Positions 1-12,226 of a stretch of 64,000 nt of DNA are shown piece by piece. Source of the stretch: Octopus vulgaris (taxonomy: Eukaryota). The number at the start of each line of letters is the position of its first letter. The stretch's first letter is position 1. The stretch spans positions 30,070,001-30,134,000 of the forward strand of contig OX597818.1 of assembly GCA_951406725.2 (NCBI GenBank). Direction: 5' to 3'. The position numbers and the translations under genes were made by a program. The notes below the pieces were generated by a model. The model searched no databases, had not been told where the DNA came from, and worked only from the letters and a program-made list of their open reading frames with translations.

Positions 1-52
1 TTTGCAGGAGACCAATCACAATTTCCCTTTTGGAAACTACATTCCCAGGAAC
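1..52 (-). CDS. Paralogue A exon 2 (partial, runs off window): SWECSFQKGNCDWSPA...
   Basis: Same acceptor context as 32428-32429, open frame, MAM-like Cys/Phe/Trp residues retained. Confidence 0.75.
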
Positions 53-559
53 CTTTATATTATGAAAATATAAACACTATTAGCTTTCTGAAAGTATTGT
101 GTACTGAAATAATTTTACTTTATTTTTAATATCAATTTTTTTTTACATAGATTCAAGGTATTAGGTTTAATATAGAAAGGGGAAATGAGATTCTGTGATG
201 CTCATACCTTTCTCAATAGATTTAATTGAGTAAGTGAATTAAAATTTTTATATTGTAGACTTCATATTAAACAAGTAACTTAGTCTAAAAGCTTACATTC
301 CTTCATTTAGAATAGAGTTCTCATCTTTCAAGTTCTGTTGCCCCAAAATGTTTGTTCTATGCCTATATTAGAAATCATAATATAACTATGCTGATAAATT
401 GGTTATTTAACATCAACTAGCTCAAGTTAAAGAATCAGTACAAAGGATTTGTATTGACATCGGAAATCTATTTTCAAATCTTCTTGTCAGATCTTTATGT
501 GCACTGTTGCTCTTCAAGATATCTGTCAGACTGAATCTAGGAGCCTAAGAAAAGCTGTC

Positions 560-3500
560 TACTCATTTTTCTGGTAAGGCAAGAGAGAATATGAAACTCA
601 TGGACACAGTGTTTTGTTTGCTGTCTTGAATACACTTCTTTAAGCCTTACTAGCTCAGATACAGAGTGCATGCTCTTCCGTAACAAGATTTCATCTTCTC
701 TGTATGTATGACACTAGACTTACTGTTGTTGATGACTTTGATGTTAACTTGGACAGTCACACCAAACATTTCCTAGAAAAAGAACCTTGATAATTTTTGA
801 CAACTTTAATGCCAGAGGTGATGCAATAAAAAGAAGATTGCCTATTTGCTTAGATTGTTACAATATTGACAAGGTCAATGATAATAGTTAAAGCTACTTA
901 AGATAGGATGAACAGGACTTAAAACAAGGCAGTTTGTGATATAGACTATTCACTTGTCTGCACCAAAGACAGAGGGGTTGATATTCCTGAATGTAACAAA
1001 CGATACAAAACCAGAAAAGCCTGTCCACTTTAACTCATTGCTCTCATATGTCTTCTTGAGAAACTGTTGAACATTAAATGCCATGCAGCCCTTGGACAAC
1101 TGCAAAACAATCTTTCACATTGCTGCAGTAGAATCTTCTGAGAAAAATCCTGCAGCACAATAATTGGCATTCATTCTATTTAGAAAGGTTATGTGACTTC
1201 AGTGCTGCAAATTATAGACTCTTCAGGCCTACAAAATCTTGCCTTCTACAAGAATCGCCAAACACTTGTGACAACTAGAAGCAGAATTCAGGAAACTGTC
1301 TGAATGAATATTAATAACTATTGACTCCTCTCCAACTCCCTCCTCCAAACTGAGACACAAGTAATATCAGGGAGGTGTACTCTGGTAAAAAGAAAAAAGA
1401 TACTTCAATCAGTAATAAATTGCTCTGTTAAAACCCATGTCTATAACAATAATTACAGAGAGACCTGAATAGATAGAGAAATGGATGGAACTTTACTGAA
1501 TATCATTGAAGAAAGAAACTTGTTGACCAATCAACTTTGATGGTATTCAAAGTTTCCCATGTATGATCAAACAAGATGAATTTTCTATAATAGAAGGACT
1601 TCATGATCAGATGCCATCAGGCAGAGTCCCCCCACAAAAATTGTATTTCGATAGAGGTCTTTAAGAACATCATGCCAATCTTCCTTGTACTTCTGCAAAA
1701 GCTTCTCATTGAATGTTGGGAAAGGGCACAGTTCCTCAGGATATGCGAGATGCCAATATTGTTGCACAATATGAGAACAAAATGTAACAGTAGTGACTGC
1801 AATAATTTATTATGTTATATTTCTTCTTGCTTTAGTTGGCAAAGGTTTGCTGACAGAGTATATCCTGAGTCACAATCACATACCAAGTAATCAACTACAG
1901 ACATGGTATTTTCATTGCACCAAGTTCAAGAAAATAATGAGAACATAATCAGCCATCATATTTAGCCTTCATTAACCTAACAAAGCTTTTGATTTCATTG
2001 TTCAAAATGGTCTTTTTAAGATGATAACATTCACTGATTGCAAACCAAATCTATTGGGTCATCCCATAAATAATGGGTTTTTTTCATTTGCATGAACTAA
2101 AGATTGGAGGGGGATGGGATAAAATACCTGCATCAACTTGCTATAAAAGCAAGTAGTAATTTTACCTTGTACTTATTCTTAGTGCAAATTTTGAAGAGTG
2201 CAGTTCAGTTTTAACAGTTATTTTTTCAAAGCTATAATGGAAGTGACAAAGGAGCATATCCGGCATATTTTGCTTTATGAGTTCGATAAAGGCAACAACA
2301 TAATGGAAAGTGCAAAGAATATTAATGCAGTATTTGGGGATTGGGTAATAAGCATAAACCAGTGTCAATTCCAGAAATTCCAAGCTGAAAACTACAACCT
2401 AGATGAGCCTTGTCCTGGAAGATCTGTAGAGCTTGATGAAGATATCCTGCAAACCCTGGTGGAACAAAATCCTGCTGTAACTGTTGAGGAACTATCAGAG
2501 AAGCTTGAATTTGGTCATTCAACCATTTATCAACATCAGTACTAGAAGAAAAACAACCATCTTTGGTTTGAAAACAAAAGGTGTTCTTTCATCAGGCTAA
2601 TGTTCAGTTACATACAGCGAGGATGACATTGCAAAGGTTGGAGTAGTTTGAATGGGAAATGATACCCCACTTCATCATATTCGTTGGATACTACCCCATC
2701 TGATTATCATTTATTCCAATCTTCAAAATCCTTTGGACAGAAAAAATATTAATTCTGTAGACAAGGTCAGAACAATACTGGAGGAGTAGTTTTCATCATG
2801 GACAAGTGAATTTTGGAAGAGGGGCATTGCAAGTCAACCAGACAGATGGAAGAGCAATGTAGAAAATGAAAGAGAGTATATTTTAAATTAAAAAACTGTA
2901 TCTTAATTTTGAAAAGTAAAAGTATAAAAAAACTGCATTATTTATGGGATGACCCAATAATTTACCATAAGGTCTTTCCATAATGGAATGTTGAGCTCTG
3001 TATACTATGATGGATCAATGTCTTGTGAATTTGGAGGGAAAAGTAGTGTTGAATAAGTATGGTATCTTCGTAAGGCTGCTCATAAAACAAATACTCAAGA
3101 CTTCATCTGATAGGTAAGATGATTGGATCTTCAATATAGCCAGACTAAATGTCAAAACTGGGATAAGAAAAGTTATTATCAGAGACTTGGCATTTGCTGA
3201 TGTTGAAGCTATATCTTTAATCTCTGCAGAAGTCTAAAATGTATTATGGACAGATTTTTAGGAGTTACGATCAGTTGCAAGAAGATCCATGTTATGAGAC
3301 AAAGAACTTCAGCACCTCTGTGCATTATAATCAAAGATAAGTAACTGGACGTAGTTCATAAGTTTCAATACCTTGGCTCCTTTGCTACAGATAACATTGC
3401 CTGAGAAAGAAAACTGGGAAGAAATCAACTGGAAATGAAATTATTACTCTCTCAAGACTCACTTGGAAAGTATAGTAGAATAACATCAGAGATTATTTAC

Positions 3501-3880
3501 TAAGAAATACATTTGCCAGGATTGTGTTCTTTGTACACTTATTTATAGCAGTGAATTGTGGACAACACAGTTTTCCCAAAAACAACAATTTTTATGTGTT
3601 CCATATGAGGTGTTCTTGCAGAATCCTTGAGATTTGCTGGCAGAATGGGGATTTCCAGGGTAGGCACATCCTCCATGTTTTCTTTTCCAACTCCAATGAC
3701 AACTTTGATAAGTTGAAGATGGTCATTGCTTGGATGATGGTCCTATTCCAAAACAGGAAGTCTCTGGTGAACTGACATTTGGGTATAAAGTAAAGGTCAC
3801 CTTTTCCTGAGATACAAAGATGTGTAGATGTACGACATGAGACTAACACGTGGGTAGAAAATCTTTCACAAGACCAGGAT
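560..3880 (+). mobile_element. Highly decayed RTE-type LINE in intron 1, interrupted by mariner (second copy ~32935-36250)
   Basis: Residual motifs RVYPESQ...STTDMVFSLHQVQE, DLAFAD, KFQYLGS with many stops and frameshifts. Confidence 0.6.
2054..2957 (+). mobile_element. Internally deleted mariner transposon
   Basis: TIRs TTGGGTCATCCCATAAATAATG / CATTATTTATGGGATGACCCAA flanked by TA. ORF MEVTKEHIRHILLYEFDKG...GRSVELDED is a mariner HTH region, followed by a decayed YS.D..PSDYHLF motif. Confidence 0.9.
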
Positions 3881-4291
3881 GAAATAGTGCTAATAGTAAT
3901 TAGCACACTCTTATATGTATGTGTACATATAAAAATTCTTTTATTTTGGCATGAAGCCAGCAATTTTGAGGGGTAGTGAAGTCGATTTCATCAACCCCAG
4001 TACCTAACTGGTACTTATTTTATTGACCCCAAAATAATAAATAGTAAAGTCAACCCGGCAACATTTGAATTCAAAATGTGAAGTCATAAGAAATGTCACT
4101 GAGCATTTTGTCCAGTGTGATAATGTTTTTGTCAGCTTGTCACCTAATGTTTACATGTAAATGCATGTACATATTTATGGATATGTTCATGTGGGTATGT
4201 GTGCAAAAATATGTGTGCATGCATATGTGTGAATATATGTGTGCACAAATATGTGCATGTTCATGTATTTTAAGTGAGTGTATATACAAGA

Positions 4292-4335
<44 letters not shown>

Positions 4336-4606
4336 CTGTATGAGTGTGTGTGTCTTTATGAGTGTGTGTGTGAACATGTGTGTGTGTGTGTGTGTGTGCA
4401 TGTGTGTGTGAACATATGTGAGTGTGTGTGCATGTGAGTATGAGTGCGTGTGTACATGTGTGTGTACACCTGAGGTTTTTCAGAACCATTGACATACAAT
4501 TGTGCAGTTTTTTTTTTTTACCTTACCTCCTGCTCTAGGTATATAGATATCAAATAGACTAATATGACATATTTGTTACATGAAAATAAATCTATTAATG
4601 TCTTAC

Positions 4607-4673
4607 CGTATGTATATGGAAGGATTCCAATCAGTAAAAGGCAACTAATTTTTGTGACTTGTAATATAGACAT
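4607..4673 (-). CDS. Paralogue A coding exon 1, signal peptide
   Basis: ATG at 4673, 67 nt, GTAAG donor. Identical to gene B exon 1. Confidence 0.78.
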
Positions 4674-4852
4674 TCCGCTTGGAATTGAATCTCTCAGTTA
4701 CAATTATTTTATAAAAACAAGCAAAACAACATTCAAGTTATTTCAAAGCTTCCTTCTTTAAAAGTTTTGATTAATAAGTTATCAAGTAAAATTTTATGTT
4801 ATCATTATGATCATAACCCCCAGGGTCACCCTTGCTATGACAAATTTATCCT

Positions 4853-4941
4853 CCACCACCACCACCACCACCACCATCACCACCATCACCACCACCACCA
4901 CCACCACCACCACCACCACCACCACCACCACCACCACCACC

Positions 4942-4996
<55 letters not shown>

Positions 4997-5017
4997 GCAA
5001 CAACAGCAACAACAACA
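4853..5017. repeat. Compound (CAC)n(CAA)n microsatellite ~180 bp 5' of the paralogue A ATG (longer counterpart 37207-37408)
   Basis: Direct reading. Source of the spurious poly-H/T/V ORFs. Confidence 0.9.
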
Positions 5018-5176
5018 CTACTTTTCTAATATTAGTTTTAAGAGATTTGTAACTGAATCTCTCATAGATGTTAGCTTTAATTTGATTTTTGTTGTTGCTG
5101 TTGCTGTCATTAATAATAAAAAAAATTATCATTATTATTGTTGTTATCATTATCATTATTGTTGTTGTTGTTGCTA

Positions 5177-5605
5177 AGGCAGAATCGTTAGCACACTGGG
5201 CAAAATGCATAGGGACATTTCATCTGTCTTCACATTCTGAGTTCAAATTCTGCTGAGGTCGACTTTGGCTTTCCTCCTTTTGGGGTCGACAAATTAAGTA
5301 CCAGTCAAGTACTGGGACTAATGTGATCGACTTATCCTTTCCTCACAAATTTAAGGCCTTGTGCCCATTGTAGAAAGGATTATTGTTATTGTTGTTGTTA
5401 AGGTGAGCGAGCTGGCAGAATTGTTAGCATGTCAAACAAAAAGCTGAGCAGCATTTCTTTTAACTCTGAGTTCAAACCCCACTGAGGTTAACTTTGCCCA
5501 TAATCCTTTTGGAGTTGATAAAATAAAGTACCATTCAAGTACTCAGCTTAATGTAATTGACTAATCCTCTCCTCCTAAAATTACTGACCTTTACCAAAAT
5601 TCAAA
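5177..5605 (+). mobile_element. Two tandem tRNA-derived SINEs (duplicates at ~37517-37945; further copies ~3960-4140, 45924-46105, 48350-48750)
   Basis: GGCAGAATCGTTAGC (A-box-like) ... GAGTTCAAATTC (B-box-like) head, with a shared body repeated many times in the window. Confidence 0.7.
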
Positions 5606-5803
5606 ACCATCTTTATTATTATTATCATTGTTACCATTGAAGATAGTTATATAACAAAAATAGTTGGGTGTGAGACTAAATTTCTTGCAGAAATTAGTTT
5701 CATCCCCCTTGATTTCAAATTCAATCTCATCATTGAGAAGACCATTGAAATAAAAATTAACAGTGGAAATCTTCATATCAAGGAAGCTATATTCATTCAC
5801 CAC

Positions 5804-6882
5804 CAGAAATGATGAGGGACTAGATTACTGGAATTCTGTGATGCATGTAACCTTTTAATCTGCAACACTAACTTCAGGAAGCCAGACTGCCACCTTATAT
5901 CCTATCAGTCAGGGGACTCTGCTAGCCAAATAGACTTCATCCTCACCAGACAGCGAGATGCAGGGTTGCTCTTAAATACAAAGACCCTCCCGGGTGAAGA
6001 ATGTATCCCTCAGTATAGGCTAATCATTAGTGACTTTAGGCTTGAGGCCAGAAGGATACCAAGAAACAGACCAATCCAGAAAAGAAGGATTTGGAAGCTA
6101 AAGAACCCTTCACATGGTCAGAGATTTAGGGACATCCTTATCAAGAAATTTGATGAGAGGGTGGAGGAGCTACAGATGTCAGACATAGAAGGTAGCTGGA
6201 AATTCCTACAGGACACCTTGCTGAGTGCCACAGACCAAGTCTGTGGATGGCGCAAAATCCCTTCCAGACCTAGAGTTACGTGGTGGTGGAAAAGTACAGC
6301 AGACAAAGCCATTAGAGCAAAGAAACAGGCCTGGAAAGCCTGGAGGGATGGGGGTAGCAGGGAACTGTACCAGGTAGCCAAAAGGGAGGCTGGGCGGCAG
6401 GTATACATAACCAAAGATGAAGCAGAAAAGAAGAAGTTTGCCAATGTCCAGCAACGTGAGGACCAAAGAACTGAGGTATTTCGGATTGCTAGACAGTGTG
6501 TGATAGAAAATAGTGATGTCACAGGAGAGAAATGCATCCGCATGGATGATGGTGCACTTGCTTTCAATGTTTCTGAAAAGAAAAAGGCTTGGAGAAGCCA
6601 TTATGAGAGACTGCTGAATGTGGAGAATGAATGGGAGGAGGAGAGCCTACCAAATGTTGACCCAGTAGAGGGACCAGCTATCCAAATAGACAGCTCCCTA
6701 GTAGTTAAGGCAATTAAGGGTATGAAACCAGGAAAAGCCCCCAGCCCATCAGGAATCACTGCTGAGATGCTTAAAACATCTGGTTGTGTGGGCTATGGCC
6801 TAGTCACCTGCATTGTAAACCAGGTAGTTCATAATGGAGTCATACCCAATGACTGGCGTAGCAGCACCATAGTCAACTGCTA
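5804..6882 (+). mobile_element. Internal RTE LINE fragment (end of AP endonuclease to start of RT) at the duplication breakpoint
   Basis: RLLEFCD...SQIDFILTR, TWWW, GKAPSPSGITAEML, IPNDWRSSTIV. Homologous to 41215-42180. Confidence 0.85.
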
Positions 6883-7229
6883 CTTAATCATCAATATCGT
6901 TTCCATGATTATCTATGACATTACATATGATATGATCTGATATGTGTCTGTGCATGTATGTATTTGAATGTATGTACAGTGTGTTCGTGTACATGTGTTA
7001 TGAGTTTCAGAATGTGAATGTGTTTGTGTGTTTGTTTATTTGTGTGTGTGCGCGTTTGTGTGTGTGTGTGTATGTGTGTGTAGTGTGTGTACCTGTGTAC
7101 CTGAGAGCTTTAAGAGTGATTTATATACAACCGCACAGTTTTTTTCCACACAATGTCCTAGGCATACAGATATCAAATAGACTAATATAAAGTATTTGTT
7201 AGTTGAAAATGAATCTATTAATGTCTTAC

Positions 7230-7296
7230 CGAATGCGTATGGAAGGATTCCAATCAGTAAAAAGCAACTAATTTTTGTGACTTGTAATATAGACAT
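7230..7296 (-). CDS. Third, diverged signal-peptide exon MSILQVTKISCFLLIGILPYAF(G); orphan or alternative first exon of paralogue A
   Basis: ATG, 67 nt and phase-1 GTAAG donor all conserved. Flanks ~7095-7410 are homologous to ~4465-4810. Confidence 0.55.
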
Positions 7297-7666
7297 TCTG
7301 CTTGCAATTAAGTCTCTCAGTTACAATGATTTTATAAATACAAGTAGAACATGCAATTCCTTTTTCAAATGTTTTGATAATAAATTATCATATAGAAGAT
7401 TTTGTTATCATTGGGATCCTGTCCACCACCACTGCCACTGCCACCACCATCATTACTGATAAAAATTTCAGATTTGAGACTGTTTTGAGACTATTAGTAA
7501 TGAGTATTAGTAATGAGTATTAGTAATGAGACTATTAGTAATGAGCCTTATTTTGTCTTTTGTGGTCACTGTTGTTATCATTCTCCTTTATCAAGCAGCT
7601 GCAACTGAGATGCGTTTCACATTATGCTTTACAGTTATCAGTTCTAGTTATCATCATCATCATCAA

Positions 7667-7740
<74 letters not shown>

Positions 7741-7877
7741 CCACCACCACAATCATCATCATCATCATCATCACTGTGAACACTTTAGTGGTTAATAAAG
7801 AAAACATTATTTTTCAAGTACCAGTCAAATTTCAGGATTTGTGCCTATAATAGAAAGGATTATTATTATTATTGTTA

Positions 7878-7936
<59 letters not shown>

Positions 7937-7989
7937 TGGTTTGACTCAGGTTCGGTCTTATTCCTGGTAGGATTTATACGGGTAGCAGG

Positions 7990-8420
7990 TTACTACCTGT
8001 AACCTTAGCTATCCACAAGTTTTCAGTAGTCTTTCAAGTGTTCAGAACCCTCCTGATAATCCTTACTGTCCCTAAGAGACAAACACTCTGTAGGAGCTGT
8101 GCAGGGCATTCTGTTCCAATCTCTTTTGGCCATTTGTCTATATCTTTGCTTACTCTTACCAACACACTGATTATTATAGGATGACCTTAACAGTTTCCAT
8201 GCTCCAATTTCTTCCTATTTTGTATTTTTTGTTTTTCATCCTCTTTCTTTAAGATCCTGGAATAAAACGGACATGACAGGTCAATCAGTAAGCAACTTCA
8301 CTTTTTCTTCATCTATAGTCCTTGTGTCTCGCCTATTGTTTTCTAACTTCTTGTCTGTTTGAATAGGAAAGTCCCACAAAATCTTATATTTCTCTGACTC
8401 CAGTACTCTTTCAACTCGGT
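7990..8420 (-). mobile_element. R4/Dong-like LINE 3' fragment (restriction-like endonuclease)
   Basis: KILWDFPIQTDKKLENNRRD motif, flanked by (TAA)n. Confidence 0.65.
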
Positions 8421-8454
8421 TATTATTGTTGTTATTAGTATTATTATTATTATT

Positions 8455-9012
8455 ACTGAGTGAGAGAACAGTGCATGCCATCAAAGTGACACTGGGGTAA
8501 AATATATGAAGCCCAGTATACCCATTATGACTACCCGTCTGATAAGGGTACACTAGGCACATGCATCACAACCATATGTGTGTGACATGGTGATCTCATA
8601 TCAAGATAAACAGCACATGTCCTTGCAGGTGGGGCTCAGTTAGAATTTTCTTCTGGTCAAGTAACCCATCCCACTCAAAAAGTTCCTGAATAAGCGTTGT
8701 TTAAGGATGTTGAACAAAACACCCATGTTTCCAGATGTGAATTATTCAAACCCCAAAGAATCCCTCTCCACACACAGCTATGATGCTCCCCCACTACTTC
8801 TGCTCATGATCAGAGATGTACATATCGTCAGCCACTAAGGGACATGATCAATTGGTTAAGGTCAAACAACTGACAAGCAAATCTGTGGTATTGAGCAGAA
8901 TATTTGCTGTAGCCTATCTTTTATACCAAGACAAAACAATGTACATAATAACACTTCCAATCAGTTAAGATCAGAAGCCATGAGAGCCACTGCCTGGTAC
9001 TGCATCAGGGCA
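8455..9012 (-). mobile_element. Non-coding interspersed element bounded by (TAA)n, probably part of or dependent on the Dong-like LINE
   Basis: GC-richer block with sharp (TAA)n borders at both ends and no credible ORF. Confidence 0.4.
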
Positions 9013-9035
9013 TTTATTATTATGATTATTATCAT

Positions 9036-9977
9036 TCAGTAGTTTTATTTTTATAACGTGCTGTCACTTCACTACTGAGCGCAGCTCTGTGTGCCTTGGG
9101 TATGTGCTGTGATTTGTTGTGATGCTCTTATGGTTACTGTATTGAAAGTGTTCTGCGTAGGATGTGTGCAGTGCCTAGTAGTGCAATTTTCTGTATGTTA
9201 TATGTGTTTGTAAGTCCTGGTGTTTTTGTTACGTATTTGTCTGAATATTTTTTTATCATGCCTAATGCACCTACTATGATAGGAATTGTTTCTGTTTTTA
9301 GATTCCACATTCTAGTTACCGCTATTTCCAGGTCTTTGTATTTTGAAAGTTTCTCCATTTCTTTCAGAGACACGTTGTCATCTGCTGGTTTGATACATCA
9401 ATTAGAAAGCATTTCTGACAACTATATCTGGTCTGTTGGCCTTAATTTCTCTATCTGTGTGTATTGGCATATTCCAGAGTATGGTTGCTTTCTCGTTTTC
9501 TGTGACCTTTTCTGGTGTGTGTCTATACCATCTTTTTTCTGTTGTTATTCCATAATGTTGGCATAGCTTCCAGTGTATGTAGGTCCAAACTCTGTCGTGT
9601 CTGTGAATATATTCGTTCTTAGCCAGGACTGGGAAGCCAGAGATAATATGATTTATTGTTTCTTGTCCATCTCCACATATTCTGCAGTTACTTGTTATAT
9701 TTCTTTTCATTACATGTTTTTGGTAATTTCTGGTGGGGAGGTTTTGGTCTTGTGCTGCAATTAAAAATCCCTCTGTCTCTGCTTTGAGTCCTGAGCTTCT
9801 CAACCACTTCAGGGATTTTTCTTTGTCTATTTCTTTTGCATTTAGTTTAGTCCAGTACTTGCCATGAAGGGGCTTTTCCTGCCATCGTTTTATCATGGTC
9901 CGTTGCTGTTCTAATTTTAGTTTTGATTTCATTTGCTTTATAGCCTTTGTTGTGATTTCTTCTTCTTCTTCTCCTTC

Positions 9978-10009
<32 letters not shown>

Positions 10010-10036
10010 CTTCTTCTTCTTCTTCTTCTTCTTCTT

Positions 10037-10067
<31 letters not shown>

Positions 10068-10373
10068 TTTGTTAGGTGGTATGATTCTTTGTTTGTATTT
10101 GTCAGCTTCCTTAAATACTGAGAACAATTTTTTGTTTTGCTCATGTTTTGCCGCTATTTGTATCAGTTTTCCTTGCTTCTGAAGTAGGTATTTTTGCAGT
10201 CCTATGGTGGTTATTTTATAGTAGTTTTCCAGTTGTATAAGGCCTCTACCACCTTCTATACGTTGTATATATAGCCTTTCTGTGTCAGATTTTGTGTGAT
10301 GCATCCTAGATCCTGTCATTAGTTTTCTTGTTTTCCCATCTGATTTTCTTGTTTTCCTATCTGACATCAACTG

Positions 10374-10375
<2 letters not shown>
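9036..10375 (-). mobile_element. 5'-truncated R4/Dong-like non-LTR element (RT thumb, CCHC-type knuckle, REL endonuclease)
   Basis: RLYIQRIEGGRGL, AAQDQ, CRICGDGQETINHII, RHD, NRPDIVV, KLSKYKDL, PIIVGALG (ORFs 10065-10370, 9402-9932, 9134-9373). Confidence 0.88.
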
Positions 10376-10424
<49 letters not shown>

Positions 10425-10429
10425 GCCTT

Positions 10430-10606
10430 TGCACAGCTTCTAATGCTGGAGATGCACTACAGTGTGAGCTGTTCACTACCAGTGAATTAAGGTAACACCT
10501 CTTATTTTTCGAGCACCTTCCAGAGTATTCGAATGGTTCCAAGCAGTGCTGTTTTTCTGCAAGTGCTCCACCCTTATTGCAGCCCCTATTTGTTCCACAT
10601 TATTAT
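10430..10606 (-). mobile_element. Short R4/Dong-like 3' end between (TAA)n tracts
   Basis: VEQIGAAIRVEHLQK followed by a frameshifted TALLGT-like C-terminus. Confidence 0.5.
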
Positions 10607-10619
10607 TGTTATTATTATA

Positions 10620-10722
<103 letters not shown>

Positions 10723-10793
10723 TTTTCCATTTGGCTTGCACTTTATTTCATCTTCTGACCAGGTCTCAAACAGAGACCTAAGGCACATATATA

Positions 10794-11600
10794 TTAGATG
10801 GAAAGAAACTTCTTGAGAAGGTAATCAGTTGATGTCAATATGATTTTTTGAGCCTCATAGATTGCTGGTTTCCTTGGGATCTGGTTGAAAAATTTGTCAG
10901 CACCTTTCTTGATCATTCCCATGGTACCTACAACAACAGGGATGGTTTTGCTTTTTAAATGGCATCTCCTAGATATCTCAATCTCAAGGTTCTTGTTTTT
11001 CAACAGTTTTTCAAATTCCTTTGCTAACATGTTTCTATTAGTATGTACTGTCCATTTTTTTACTTAGATCTTTGATAATAGTGTCTGGCCTCTTAGCAAT
11101 TATTTGCTTGCCTGTATGTATCCCATAATTCTATAGGATAGTAATATTCTCTCCTTCAGTGACTAGCTCTGGATAGTGTTCATGCCAGTTCTTAGGGTGT
11201 GGGATATTGTAGCAAAGGCATATGCTCCAGTGCATGTAGCAGCCAACTCAATCATGTTTGCTTTTAAATTCTGTAGGGGCGAGGACTATGCAACCAGCAT
11301 CAATGTGGTCAATGCTGTGGTGATTGTCATTACAGAGTCTGCATTTTGTGTCTCCTTCATTGTGCATAACATTAGCTTGATAGTTCCAGATGAGGAGACT
11401 CTGATCGTTTGCTGCTAGGATAAATCCTTCTGTTTTGGTTTTCAGACCAGTGCTCTGCAGCCACTGATGAATTATTTTCATATCTACACTGGCTTCCCCA
11501 GCTTGTTTGGACTATTTCTCATGCAATGGTTTTCCTTGCCAGTGTCTTGACATTTTCTTCGAGCTTTCCTTGTTTGACATTTGTCTTACACTTTTATCTG
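10794..11600 (-). mobile_element. Older R4/Dong-like LINE fragment
   Basis: WLQSTGLKTKTEGFILAANDQ, KCRLC...H...C, TIPVVVGTMG (ORFs 11248-11481, 10794-11030). Confidence 0.8.
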
Positions 11601-11800
11601 CCTTAGTTGGTGGTATGTCCTCATTATTATCTTAATCAGGGAGGTTAAGCTCTTGTCTGTATTCATAATGTCTCCTTTGAGATTGAGTGCAGTTTTTTAC
11701 ACTGTACCAGCTGTATCATCCTATCAGTGTTACTTTGGATGTATATTTGGAATCCTATCATGGTCCTTTTATAGGATGTTTCAAGTTATATGTATGTATA

Positions 11801-12105
11801 GGAGCACTCCGTCGGTTACGACGAGGTTCCCAGCTGATATGAACAGACTGCTCGTGAAAGTAACATGCAAGTGGCTGAGCACTCCACAGACACGTGTACC
11901 CTTAACGTAGATCTTGGGGAGATTCAGCATGACATAGAGTGTGACAAGGCTGTCCCCTTTGAAATACAGGTACGACTCATTTTTGCCAGCTGAGTGGACT
12001 GGATCAATGTGAAATAAAGTGTCTTGCTCAAGGACTCAACACGTCGGACTTGAACTCATGATCTTCCGATCTTCCGATCATGAGCTGAATACCCTAACCG
12101 TTCAA
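11801..12105 (-). mobile_element. SINE-like element (related copy ~39600-39830)
   Basis: Shares the GAGTG.ACTGGA.CAA..TGAAATAAAGTGTCTTGCTCAAG core with 39718-39760. tRNA-like head on the minus strand. Confidence 0.5.
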
Positions 12106-12117
12106 ATAGAGGTTGGA

Positions 12118-12163
<46 letters not shown>

Positions 12164-12226
12164 GTGTGTATGTGTGTGTATGTGGGTGTATGCATGCATG
12201 CATGCATGTGTGTGTGATATGTCTGT

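Larger units (their letters stand above)
1..5803 (+). repeat. Segmental duplication copy A (pairs with 32376-38141; extends beyond the left edge)
   Basis: Collinear near-identity including the same LINE relic, mariner, microsatellites and SINEs. Similarity ends after ...CATTCACCACC at 5803/38141. Confidence 0.95.

Noticed and set aside
4093-5210. Poly-His/Gln/Thr/Val and (CV)n/(HT)n ORFs here and at 7526-7850, 10476-10816, 27382-28058, 28857-29649, 36461-37516
   Set aside because: Translations of di- and trinucleotide microsatellites.
5177-5260. tRNA genes suggested by A/B-box motifs
   Set aside because: No cloverleaf; these are heads of multi-copy SINEs.
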